Positions 11,201 through 24,200 of a stretch of 64,000 nucleotides of DNA are shown in pieces. Where the stretch lies: the NCBI GenBank assembly GCA_002189035.1, contig NEEC01000107.1:1-64000 (forward strand), given 5' to 3'. The notes under the pieces were generated by a model. The model searched no databases. It saw nothing but the letters and a program-made list of their open reading frames with translations, and was not told the origin of the DNA. The position numbers and the translations under genes were made by a program. The stretch comes from Utricularia gibba. Its lineage: Eukaryota; Plantae; Magnoliophyta. Numbering within the stretch: position 1 is the stretch's first letter; every line of letters begins with the position of its first letter.

Positions 11201-14200
11201 AAATGCATCACGATTTTCGTCGAATAGGACCCGATTGGGCTCAGGAGTCGAACCGAACCTTGGGTCCGGACGAACTTCCCAACGAAAGCACCCAACCAAA
11301 AACGACAAGCTTTTCCTTCAGAAACCATGTAGGCAGCTGCCGAAAACCCAACGTTAATAAATGGATCACTTTTTTTCCGGGCTACAAATGACTATGGGCC
11401 CGAGCCGACCCGACCTCCGGCCCGATCCTGGTGCCCCTCGAGAGCGCCTCCTCAAATAAAAAGCTGTGGTTGAGAAAACCATTTGGGGTGCTCATGACAT
11501 CCTAACTTCAATAAATGCATCACGATTTTCGTCGAATAGGACCCGATTGGGCTCAGGAGTCGAACCGAACCTTGGGTCCGGACGAACTTCCCAACGAAAG
11601 CACCCACCCAAAAACGACAAGCTTTTCCTTCAGAAACCATGTAGGCAGCTGCCGAAAACCCAACGTTAATAAATGGATCACTTTTTTTGCCGGGCTACAA
11701 ATGACTATGGGCCCGAGCCGACCCGACCTCCGGCCCGATCCTGGTGCCCCTCGAGAGCGCCTCCTCAAATATAAAGCTTGTGGATGAGAAAACCATTTGG
11801 GGTGCTCATGACATCCTAACTTCAATAAATGCATCACGATTTTCGTCGAATAGGACCGATTGGGCTCAGGAGTCGAACCGAACCTTGGGTCCGGACGAAC
11901 TTCCCAATGAAAGCACCCAACCAAAAACGACAAGCTTTTCCTTCAGAAACCATGTAGGCAGCTGCCGAAAACCCAACGTTAATAAATGGATCACTTTTTT
12001 TGCCGGGCTACAAATGACTATGGGCCCGAGCGACCGACCTCCGGCCCGATCCTGTGCCCCTCGAGAGCGCCTCCTCAAATAAAAAGCTGTGGTTGAAAAA
12101 CCATTTGGGGTGCTCATGACATCCTAACTTCAATAAATGCATCACGATTTTCGTCGAATAGGACCCGATTGGGCTCAGGAGTCGAACCGAACCTTGGGTC
12201 CGGACGAACTTCCCGAAAGCACCCAACCAAAAACGACAAGCTTTTCCTTCAGAAACCATGTAGGCAGCTGCCGAAAACCCAACGTTAATAAATGGATCAC
12301 TTTTTTTCCCGGGCTACAAATGACTATGGGCCGAGCCCGACCCGACCTCCGGCCCGATCCTGGTGCCCCTCGAGAGCGCCTCCTCAAATATAAAGCTTGT
12401 GGATGAGAAAACCATTTGGGGTGCTCATGACATCCTAACTTCAATAAATGCATCACGATTTTCGTCGAATAGGACCCGATTGGGCTCAGGAGTCGAACCG
12501 AACCTTGGGTCCGGACGAACTTCCCAACGAAAGCACCCAACCAAAAACGACAAGCTTTTCCTTCAGAAACCATGTAGGCAGCTGCCGAAAACCCAACGTT
12601 AATAAATGGATCACTTTTTTTGCCGGGCTACAAATGACTATGGGCCCGAGCCCGACCCGACCTCCGGCCCGATCCTGGTGCCCCTCGAGAGCGCCTCCTC
12701 AAATATAAAGCTTGTGGATGAGAAAACCATTTGGGGTGCTCATGACATCCTAACTTCAATAAATGCATCACGATTTTCGTCGAATAGGACCCGATTGGGC
12801 TCAGGAGTCGAACCGAACTTGGGTCCGGACGAACTTCCCAACGAAAGCACCCACCCAAAAACGACAAGCTTTTCCTTCAGAAACCATGTAGGCAGCTGCC
12901 GAAAACCCAACGTTAATAAATGGATCACTTTTTTTTGCCGGGCTACAAATGACTATGGGCCCGAGCCGACCGACCTCCGCCCGATCCTGGTGCCCCTCGA
13001 GAGCGCCTCCTCAAATATAAAGCTTGTGGATGAGAAAACCATTTGGGGTGCTCATGACATCCTAACTTCAATAAATGCATCACGATTTTCGTCGAATAGG
13101 ACCCGATTGGGCTCAGGAGTCGAACCGAACCTTGGGTCCGGACGAACTTCCCAACGAAAGCACCCACCAAAAACGACAAGCTTTTCCTTCAGAAACCATG
13201 TAGGCAGCTGCCGAAAACCAACGTTAATAAATGGATCACTTTTTTTGCCGGGCTACAAATGACTATGGGCCCGAGCCCGACCCGACCTCCGGCCCGATCC
13301 TGGTGCCCCTCGAGAGCGCCTCCTCAAATATAAAGCTTGTGGATGAGAAAACCATTTGGGGTGCTCATGACATCCTAACTTCAATAAATGCATCACGATT
13401 TTCGTCGAATAGGACCCGATTGGGCTCAGGAGTCGAACCGAACCTTGGGTCCGGACGAACTTCCCAACGAAAGCACCCACCAAAAACGACAAGCTTTTCC
13501 TTCAGAAACCATGTAGGCAGCTGCCGAAAACCCAACGTTAATAAATGGATCACTTTTTTTGCCGGGCTACAAATGACTATGGGCCCGAGCGACCGACCTC
13601 CGGCCCGATCCTGGTGCCCCTCGAGAGCGCCTCCTCAAATAAAAAGCTTGGTGAGAAAACCATTTGGGGTGCTCATGACATCCTAACTTCAATAAATGCA
13701 TCACGATTTTCGTCGAATAGGACCGATTGGGCTCAGGAGTCGAACCGAACCTTGGGTCCGGATGAACTTCCCAACGAAAGCACCCACCCAAAAACGACAA
13801 GCTTTTCCTTCAGAAAATGTAGGCAGCTGCCGAAAACCCAACGTTAATAAATGGATCACTTTTTTTGCCGGGCTACAAATGACTATGGGCCCGAGCCGAC
13901 CGACCTCCGGCCCGATCCTGGTGCCCCTCGAGAGCGCCTCCTCAAATATAAAGCTTGTGGATGAGAAAACCATTTGGGGTGCTCATGACATCCTAACTTC
14001 AATAAATGCATCACGATTTTCGTCGAATAGGACCCGATTGGGCTCAGGAGTCGAACCGAACCTTGGGTCCGGACGAACTTCCCAACGAAAGCACCCACCA
14101 AAAACGACAAGCTTTTCCTTCAGAAACCATGTAGGCAGCTGCCGAAAACCCAACGTTAATAAATGGATCACTTTTTTTGCCGGGCTACAAATGACTATGG

Positions 14201-17200
14201 GCCCGAGCCGACGACCTCCGGCCCGATCCTGTGCCCCTCGAGAGCGCCTCCTCAAATAAAAAGCTTGTGGTTGAGAAAACCATTTGGGGTGCTCATGACA
14301 TCCTAACTTCAATAAATGCATCACGATTTTCGTCGAATAGGACCCGATTGGGCTCAGGAGTCGAACGAACCTTGGGTCCGGACGAACTTCCCAACGAAAG
14401 CACCCACCAAAAACGACAAGCTTTTCCTTCAGAAACCATGTAGGCAGCTGCCGAAAACCCAACGTTAATAAATGGATCACTTTTTTTGCCGGGCTACAAA
14501 TGACTATGGGCCCGAGCCGACCCGACCTCCGGCCCGATCCTGGTGCCCCTCGAGAGCGCCTCCTCAAATATAAAGCTTGTGGATGAGAAAACCATTTGGG
14601 GTGCTCATGACATCCTAACTTCAATAAATGCATCACGATTTTCGTCGAATAGGACCCGATTGGGCTCAGGAGTCGAACCGAACCTTGGGTCCGGACGAAC
14701 TTCCCAATGAAAGCACCCACCAAAAACGACAAGCTTTTCCTTCAGAAACCATGTAGGCAGCTGCCGAAAACCCAACGTTAATAAATGGATCACTTTTTTT
14801 GCCGGGCTACAAATGACTATGGGCCCGAGCCCGACCCGACCTCCGGCCGATCCTGGTGCCCCTCGAGAGCGCCTCCTCAAATATAAAGCTTGTGGATGAG
14901 AAAACCATTTGGGGTGCTCATGACATCCTAACTTCAATAAATGCATCACGATTTTCGTCGAATAGGACCCGATTGGGCTCAGGAGTCGAACCGAACCTTG
15001 GGTCCGGACGAACTTCCCAACGAAAGCACCCACCCAAAAACGACAAGCTTTTCCTTCAGAAACCATGTAGGCAGCTGCCGAAAACCCAACGTTAATAAAT
15101 GGATCACTTTTTTTGCCGGGCTACAAATGACTATGGGCCGAGCCCGACCCGACCTCCGGCCCGATCCTGGTGCCCCTCGAGAGCGCCTCCTCAAATATAA
15201 AGCTTGTGGATGAGAAAACCATTTGGGGTGCTCATGACATCCTAACTTCAATAAATGCATCACGATTTTCGTCGAATAGGACCCGATTGGGGCTCAGGAG
15301 TCGAACCGAACCTTGGGTCCGGACGAACTTCCCAATGAAAGCACCCAACCAAAAACGACAAGCTTTTCCTTCAGAAACCATGTAGGCAGCTGCCGAAAAC
15401 CCAACGTTAATAAATGGATCACTTTTTTTGCCGGGCTACAAATGACTATGGGCCCGAGCCCGACCACCTCGGCCCGATCCTGTGCCCCTCGAGAGCGCCT
15501 CCTCAAATAAAAAGCTTGTGGATGAGAAAACCATTTGGGGTGCTCATGACATCCTAACTTCAATAAATGCATCACGATTTTCGTCGAATAGGACCCGATT
15601 GGGCTCAGGAGTCGAACCGAACCTTGGGTCCGGACGAACTTCCCAACGAAAGCACCCACCAAAAACGACAAGCTTTTCCTTCAGAAACATGTAGGCAGCT
15701 GCCGAAAACCCAACGTTAATAAATGGATCACTTTTTTTGCCGGGCTACAAATGACTATGGGCCCGAGCCGACCCGACCTCCGGCCCGATCCTGGTGCCCC
15801 TCGAGAGCGCCTCCTCAAATATAAAGCTTGTGGATGAGAAAACCATTTGGGGTGCTCATGACATCCTAACTTCAATAAATGCATCACGATTTTCGTCGAA
15901 TAGGACCCGATTGGGCTCAGGAGTCGAACCGAACCTTGGGTCCGGACGAACTTCCCAACGAAAGCACCCACCAAAAACGACAAGCTTTTCCTTCAGAAAC
16001 CATGTAGGCAGCTGCCGAAAACCCAACGTTAATAAATGGATCACTTTTTTTCCGGGCTACAAATGACTATGGGCCCGAGCCCGACCCGACCTCCGCCCGA
16101 TCCTGGTGCCCCTCGAGAGCGCCTCCTCAAATATAAAGCTTGTGGTTGAGAAAACCATTTGGGGTGCTCATGACATCCTAACTTCAATAAATGCATCACG
16201 ATTTTCGTCGAATAGGACCCGATTGGGCTCAGGAGTCGAACCGAACCTTGGGTCCGGACGAACTTCCCAACGAAAGCACCCACCAAAAACGACAAGCTTT
16301 TCCTTCAGAAACATGTAGGCAGCTGCCGAAAACCCAACGTTAATAAATGGATCACTTTTTTCCGGGCTACAAATGACTATGGGCCCGAGCCCGACCCGAC
16401 TCCGGCCCGATCCTGGTGCCCCTCGAGAGCGCCTCCTCAAATATAAAGCTTGTGGATGAGAAAACCATTTGGGGTGCTCATGACATCCTAACTTCAAAAA
16501 TGCATCACGATTTTCGTCGAATAGGACCCGATTGGGCTCAGGAGTCGAACAGAACCTTGGGTCCGGACGAACTTCCCAAGAAAGCACCCACCCAAAAACG
16601 ACAAGCTTTTCCTTCAGAAACCATGTAGGCAGCTGCCGAAAACCCAACGTTAATAAATGGATCACTTTTTTTCCGGGCTACAAATGACTATGGCCCGAGC
16701 CCGACCCGACCTCCGGCCCGATCCTGGTGCCCTCGAGAGCGCCTCCTCAAATAAAAAGCTGTGGTTGAGAAAACCATTTGGGGTGCTCATGACATCCTAA
16801 CTTCAATAAATGCATCACGATTTTCGTCGAATAGGACCCGATTGGGCTCAGGAGTCGAACCGAACCTTGGGTCCGGACGAACTTCCCAACGAAAGCACCC
16901 ACCCAAAAACGACAAGCTTTTCCTTCAGAAAAATGTAGGCAGCTGCCGAAAACCCAACGTTAATAAATGGATCACTTTTTTTGCCGGGCTACAAATGACT
17001 ATGGGCCCGAGCCCGACCCGACCTCCGGCCCGATCCTGGTGCCCCTCGAGAGCGCCTCCTCAAATAAAAAGCTGTGGTGAGAAAACCATTTGGGGTGCTC
17101 ATGACATCCTAACTTCAATAAATGCATCACGATTTTCGTCGAATAGGAAAAAAAACCAACGTTAATAAATGGATCACTTTTTTTCCGGGCTAAAATGACT

Positions 17201-20200
17201 ATGGGAGCCGACCGACCTCCGGCCCGATCCTGGTGCCCTCGAGAGCGCCTCCTCAAATAAAAGCTTGTGGTTGAGAAAACCATTTGGGGTGCTCATGACA
17301 TCCTAACTTCAATAAATGCATCACGATTTTCGTCGAATAGGACCCGATTGGGCTCAGGAGTCGAACGAACCTTGGGTCCGGACGAACTTCCCAACGAAAG
17401 CACCCACCCAAAAACGACAAGCTTTTCCTTCAGAAACCATGTAGCAGCTGCCGAAAACCCAACGTTAATAAATGGATCACTTTTTTTCCCGGGCTACAAA
17501 TGACTATGGCCCGAGCCGACCCGACCTCCGGCCCGATCCTGGTGCCCCTCGAGAGCGCCTCCTCAAATATAAAGCTGTGGATGAGAAAACCATTTGGGGT
17601 GCTCATGACATCCTAACTTCAATAAATGCATCACGATTTTCGTCGAATAGGACCCGATTGGGCTCAGGAGTCGAACCGAACCTTGGGTCCGGATGAACTT
17701 CCCAACGAAAGCACCCCCAAAAACGACAAGCTTTTCCTTCAGAAACCATGTAGGCAGCTGCCGAAAACCAAACGTTAATAAATGGATCACTTTTTTTGCC
17801 GGGCTACAAATGACTATGGGCCCGAGCCCGACCCGACCTCCGGCCCGATCCTGGTGCCCCTCGAGAGCGCCTCCTCAAATAAAAGCTTGTGGAGAAAAAC
17901 CATTTGGGGTGCTCATGACATCCTAACTTCAAAAATGCATCACGATTTTCGTCGAATAGGACCCGATTGGGCTCAGGAGTCGAACAGAACCTTGGGTCCG
18001 GATGAACTTCCCAACGAAAGCACCCACCCAAAAACGACAAGCTTTTCCTTCAGAAACCATGTAGGCAGCTGCCGAAAACCCAACGTTAATAAATGGATCA
18101 CTTTTTTGCCGGGCTACAAATGACTATGGCCCGAGCCCGACCGACCTCCCCCGATCCTGGTGCCCTCGAGAGCGCCTCCTCAAATATAAAGCTTGTGGAT
18201 GAGAAAACCATTTGGGGTGCTCATGACATCCTAACTTCAATAAATGCATCACGATTTTCGTCGAATAGGACCCGATTGGGCTCAGGAGTCGAACCGAACC
18301 TTGGGTCCGGACGAACTTCCCAACGAAAGCACCCACCAAAAACGACAAGCTTTTCCTTCAGAAACCATGTAGCAGCTGCCGAAAACCCAACGTTAATAAA
18401 TGGATCACTTTTTTTCCGGGCTACAAATGACTATGGGCCCGAGCCCGACCCGACCTCCGGCCCGATCCTGGTGCCCCTCGAGAGCGCCTCCTCAAATATA
18501 AAGCTTGTGGTTGAGAAAACCATTTGGGGTGCTCATGACATCCTAACTTCAATAAATGCATCACGATTTTCGTCGAATAGGACCCGATTGGGCTCAGGAG
18601 TCGAACGAACCTTGGGTCCGGACGAACTTCCCAACGAAAGCACCCACCAAAAACGACAAGCTTTTCCTTCAGAAACCATGTAGGCAGCTGCCGAAAACCA
18701 ACGTTAATAAATGGATCACTTTTTTTGCCGGGCTACAAATGACTATGGGCCGAGCGACCCGACCTCCGGCCCGATCCTGGTGCCCCTCGAGAGCGCCTCC
18801 TCAAATAAAAAGCTGTGGTTGAGAAAACCATTTGGGGTGCTCATGACATCCTAACTTCAATAAATGCATCACGATTTTCGTCGAATAGGACCCGATTGGG
18901 CTCAGGAGTCCCGAACCTTGGGTCCGGATGAACTTCCCAACGAAAGCACCCACCCAAAAACGACAAGCTTTTCCTTCAGAAAAATGTAGGCAGCTGCCGA
19001 AAACCAACGTTAATAAATGGATCACTTTTTTTGCCGGGCTACAAATGACTATGGGCCCGAGCCCGACCCGACCTCGCCCGATCCTGGTGCCCTCGAGAGC
19101 GCCTCCTCAAATATAAAGCTTGTGGATGAAAACCATTTGGGGTGCTCATGACATCCTAACTTCAATAAATGCATCACGATTTTCGTCGAATAGGACCCGA
19201 TTGGGCTCAGGAGTCGAACCGAACCTTGGGTCCGGACGAACTTCCCAACGAAAGCACCCACCAAAAACGACAAGCTTTTCCTTCAGAAACCATGTAGGCA
19301 GCTGCCGAAAACCCAACGTTAATAAATGGATCACTTTTTTCCCGGGCTACAAATGACTATGGGCCCGCCCGACCCGACCTCCGGCCCGATCCTGGTGCCC
19401 CTCGAGAGCGCCTCCTCAAATAAAAAGCTTGTGGTTGAGAAAACCATTTGGGGTGCTCATGACATCCTAACTTCAATAAATGCATCACGATTTTCGTCGA
19501 ATAGGACCCGATTGGGCTCAGGAGTCGAACCGAACCTTGGGTCCGGACGAACTTCCCAACAAAGCACCCACCAAAAACGACAAGCTTTTCCTTCAGAAAC
19601 CATGTAGCAGCTGCCGAAAACCCAACGTTAATAAATGGATCACTTTTTTTGCCGGGCTACAAATGACTATGGCCCGAGCCCGACCCGACCTCCGGCCCGA
19701 TCCTGGTGCCCCTCGAGAGCGCCTCCTCAAATATAAAGCTTGTGGATGAGAAAACCATTTGGGGTGCTCATGACATCCTAACTTCAATAAATGCATCACG
19801 ATTTTCGTCGAATAGGACCCGATTGGGCTCAGGAGTCGAACCGAACCTTGGGTCCGGACGAACTTCCCAACGAAAGCACCCACCAAAAACGACAAGCTTT
19901 TCCTTCAGAAACCATGTAGGCAGCTGCCGAAAACCCAACGTTAATAAATGGATCACTTTTTTTGCCGGGCTACAAATGACTATGGCCCGAGCCCGACCCG
20001 ACCTCCGCCCGATCCTGGTGCCCCTCGAGAGCGCCTCCTCAAATATAAAGCTTGTGGATGAGAAAACCATTTGGGGTGCTCATGACATCCTAACTTCAAT
20101 AAATGCATCACGATTTTCGTCGAATAGGACCCGATTGGGCTCAGGAGTCGAACCGAACCTTGGGTCCGGACGAACTTCCCAACGAAAGCACCCACCCAAA

Positions 20201-21290
20201 AACGACAAGCTTTTCCTTCAGAAACCATGTAGCAGCTGCCGAAAACCCAACGTTAATAAATGGATCACTTTTTTTCCGGGCTACAAATGACTATGGCCCG
20301 AGCCCGACCGACCTCCGGCCCGATCCTGGTGCCCCTCGAGAGCGCCTCCTCAAATATAAAGCTTGTGGATGAGAAAACCATTTGGGGTGCTCATGACATC
20401 CTAACTTCAATAAATGCATCACGATTTTCGTCGAATAGGACCCGATTGGGCTCAGGAGTCGAACGAACCTTGGGTCCGGACGAACTTCCCAACGAAAGCA
20501 CCCACCCAAAAACGACAAGCTTTTCCTTCAGAAACCATGTAGCAGCTGCCGAAAACCCAACGTTAATAAATGGATCACTTTTTTTGCCGGGCTACAAATG
20601 ACTATGGGCCCGAGCCCGACCCGACCTCCGGCCCGATCCTGGTGCCCCTCGAGAGCGCCTCCTCAAATATAAAGCTTGTGGATGAGAAAACCATTTGGGG
20701 TGCTCATGACATCCTAACTTCAATAAATGCATCACGATTTTCGTCGAATAGGACCCGATTGGGCTCAGGAGTCGAACCGAACCTTGGGTCCGGACGAACT
20801 TCCCAATGAAAGCACCCAACCAAAAACGACAAGCTTTTCCTTCAGAAACCATGTAGCAGCTGCCGAAAACCCAACGTTAATAAATGGATCACTTTTTTTC
20901 CGGGCTACAAATGACTATGGGCCCGAGCCCGACCCGACCTCCGGCCCGATCCTGGTGCCCCTCGAGAGCGCCTCCTCAAATAAAAAGCTTGTGGATGAGA
21001 AAACCATTTGGGGTGCTCATGACATCCTAACTTCAATAAATGCATCACGATTTTCGTCGAATAGGACCCGATTGGGCTCAGGAGTCGAACCGAACCTTGG
21101 GTCCGGACGAACTTCCAACGAAAGCACCACCAAAACGACAAGCTTTTCCTTCAGAAACCATGTAGCAGCTGCCGAAAACCCAACGTTAATAAATGGATCA
21201 CTTTTTTTCCGGGCTAAAATGACTATGGCCCGAGCCGACCCCTCCGCCCGATCCTGGTGCCCCTCGAGAGCGCCTCCTCAAATATAAAGC

Positions 21291-24200
21291 TTGTGGAAGA
21301 AAACCATGTGCTCAGACAGCTCACGCGTCGAAAACCCGAAGGAGTCGAACCGAACCTTGGGTCCGGACGAACTTCCCAAAAAGCACCCAACCCAAAACGA
21401 CAAGCTGGATCCGACTTTTGGATCACTTTTTTTGCCGGGCTACAAATGACTATGGCCCGAGCCGACCCGACCTCCGGCCCGATCCTGGTGCCCTCGAGAG
21501 CGCCTCCTCAAATAAAAGCAGTGGTTGAAAACCATTTGGGGTGCTCATGACATCCTAACTTCAATAAATGCATCAGATTTTCGTCGAATAGGACCCGATT
21601 GGGCTCAGGAGTCGAACGAACCTTGGGTCCGGACGAACTTCCCAACGAAAGCACCCACCCAAAAACGACAAGCTTTCCTTCAGAAAATGTAGGCAGCTGC
21701 CGAAAACCCAACGTAATAAATGGATCACTTTTTTTGCCGGGCTACAAATGACTATGGCCCCGAGCCCGACCCGACCTCCGCCCGATCCTGGTGCCCTCGA
21801 GAGCGCCTCCTCAAATAAAGCTTGTGGATGAGAAACCATTTGGGGTGCTCATGACATCCTAACTTCAATAAATGCATCACGATTTTCGTCGAATAGGACC
21901 CGATTGGGCTCAGGAGTCGAACAGAACCTTGGGTCCGGATGAACTTCCCAACGAAAGCACCCACCAAAAACGACAAGCTTTTCCTTCAGAAAAATGTAGG
22001 CAGCTGCCGAAAACCCAACGTTAATAAATGGATCACTTTTTTTCCGGGCTACAAATGACTATGGGCCGACCCGACCCGACCTCCGCCCGATCCTGGTGCC
22101 CTCGAGAGCGCCTCCTCAAATAAAAGCTGTGGTTGAAAACCATTTGGGGTGCTCATGACATCCTAACTTCAATAAATGCATCACGATTTTCGTCGAATAG
22201 GACCCGATTGGGCTCAGGAGTCGAACCGAACCTTGGGTCCGGACGAACTTCCCAACGAAACACCCACCCAAAAACGAAGCTTTTCCTTCAGAAACCATGT
22301 AAAGCTGCCGAAAACCCAACGTTAATAAATGGATCACTTTTTTTGCCGGGCTACAAATGACTATGGCCGAGCCCGACCCGACCTCCGGCCCGATCCTGGT
22401 GCCCCTCGAGAGCGCCTCCTCAAATAAAAGCTTGTGGATGAGAAAACCATTTGGGCTCATGACATCCTAACTTCAATAAATGCATCACGATTTTCGTCGA
22501 ATAGGACCCGATGGGCTCAGGAGTCGAACCGAACCTTGGGTCCGGACGAACTTCCCAATGAAAGCACCCACCAAAAACGACAAGCTTTTCCTTCAGAAAC
22601 CATGTAGGCAGCTGCCGAAAACCCAACGTTAATAAATGATCACTTTTTTTGCCGGGCTACAAATGACTATGGGCCCGAGCCGACCCGACCTCCGGCCCGA
22701 TCCTGGTGCCCCTCGAGAGCGCCTCCTCAAATATAAAGCTTGTGGAAAAACCATTTGCTCATGACATCCTAACTTCAAAAATGCATCACGATTTTCGTCG
22801 AATAGGACCCGATTGGGCTCAGGAGTCGAACAAACCTTGGGTCCGGATGAACTTCCCAACGAAAGCACCCACCAAAAACGACAAGCTTTTCCTTCAGAAA
22901 AATGTAGCAGCTGCCGAAAACCCAATTAATAAATGGATCACTTTTTTGCCGGGCTACAAATGACTATGGGCCCGAGCCCGACCCGACCTCCGGCCCGATC
23001 CTGGTGCCCTCGAGAGCGCCTCCTCAAATATAAAGCTTGTGGATGAGAAAACCATTTGGGGTGCTCATGACATCCTAACTTCAATAAATGCATCACGATT
23101 TTCGTCGAATAGGACCCGATTGGGCTCAGGAGTCGAACCGAACCTTGGGTCCGGACGAACTTCCCAATGAAAGCACCAACCAAAAACGACAAGCTTTTCC
23201 TTCAGAAACAATGTAGCAGCTGCCGAAAACCCAACGTTAATAAATGGATCACTTTTTTTCCGGGCTACAAATGACTATGGGCCCGAGCCCGACCCGACCT
23301 CCGGCCCGATCCTGGTGCCCCTCGAGAGCGCCTCCTCAAATAAAAGCTGTGTGAGAAAACCATTTGGGTGCTCATGACATCCTAACTTCAATAAATGCAT
23401 CACGATTTTCGTCGAATAGGACCCGATTGGGCTCAGGAGTCGAACGAACCTTGGGTCGGACGAACTTCCCAACGAAAGCACCCACCCAAAAACGACAAGC
23501 TTTTCCTTCAGAAACCATGTAGCAGCTGCCGAAAACCCAACGTTAATAAATGGATCACTTTTTTTGCCGGGCTACAAATGACTATGGCCCGAGCCGACAC
23601 CTCCGCCCGATCCTGGTGCCCCTCGAGAGCGCCTCCTCAAATATAAAGCTTGTGGATGAGAAAACCATTTGGGGTGCTCATGACATCCTAACTTCAATAA
23701 ATGCATCACGATTTTCGTCGAATAGGACCCGATTGGGCTCAGGAGTCGAACCGAACCTTGGGTCCGGACGAACTTCCCAATGAAAGCACCCAACCAAAAA
23801 CGACAAGCTTTTCCTTCAGAAACCATGTAGCAGCTGCCGAAAACCCAACGTTAATAAATGGATCACTTTTTTTGCCGGGCTACAAATGACTATGGCCCGA
23901 GCCCGACCCGACCTCCCGATCCTGGTGCCCCTCGAGAGCGCCTCCTCAAATATAAAGCTGTGGATGAGAAAACCATTTGGGGTGCTCATGACATCCTAAC
24001 TTCAATAAATGCATCACGATTTTCGTCGAATAGGACCCGATTGGGCTCAGGAGTCGAACCGAACCTTGGGTCCGGACGAACTTCCCAATTTTCCTTCAGA
24101 AACATGTAGGCAGCTGCCGAAAACCCAACGTTAATAAATGGATCGACAAATGACTATGGGCCCGAGCCCGACCCGACCTCCTCCTGGTGCCCCTCGAGAG

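Larger units (their letters stand above)
1..21290 (+). repeat. Domain I: homogeneous monomers, mostly of the ggaCgaac / gaaaccatgt type
   Basis: Copies differ mainly by 1-bp indels in homopolymers. ggaTgaac is only sporadic (near 4121, 7531, 7841, 13761, 17691, 18001, 18921). Confidence 0.8.
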
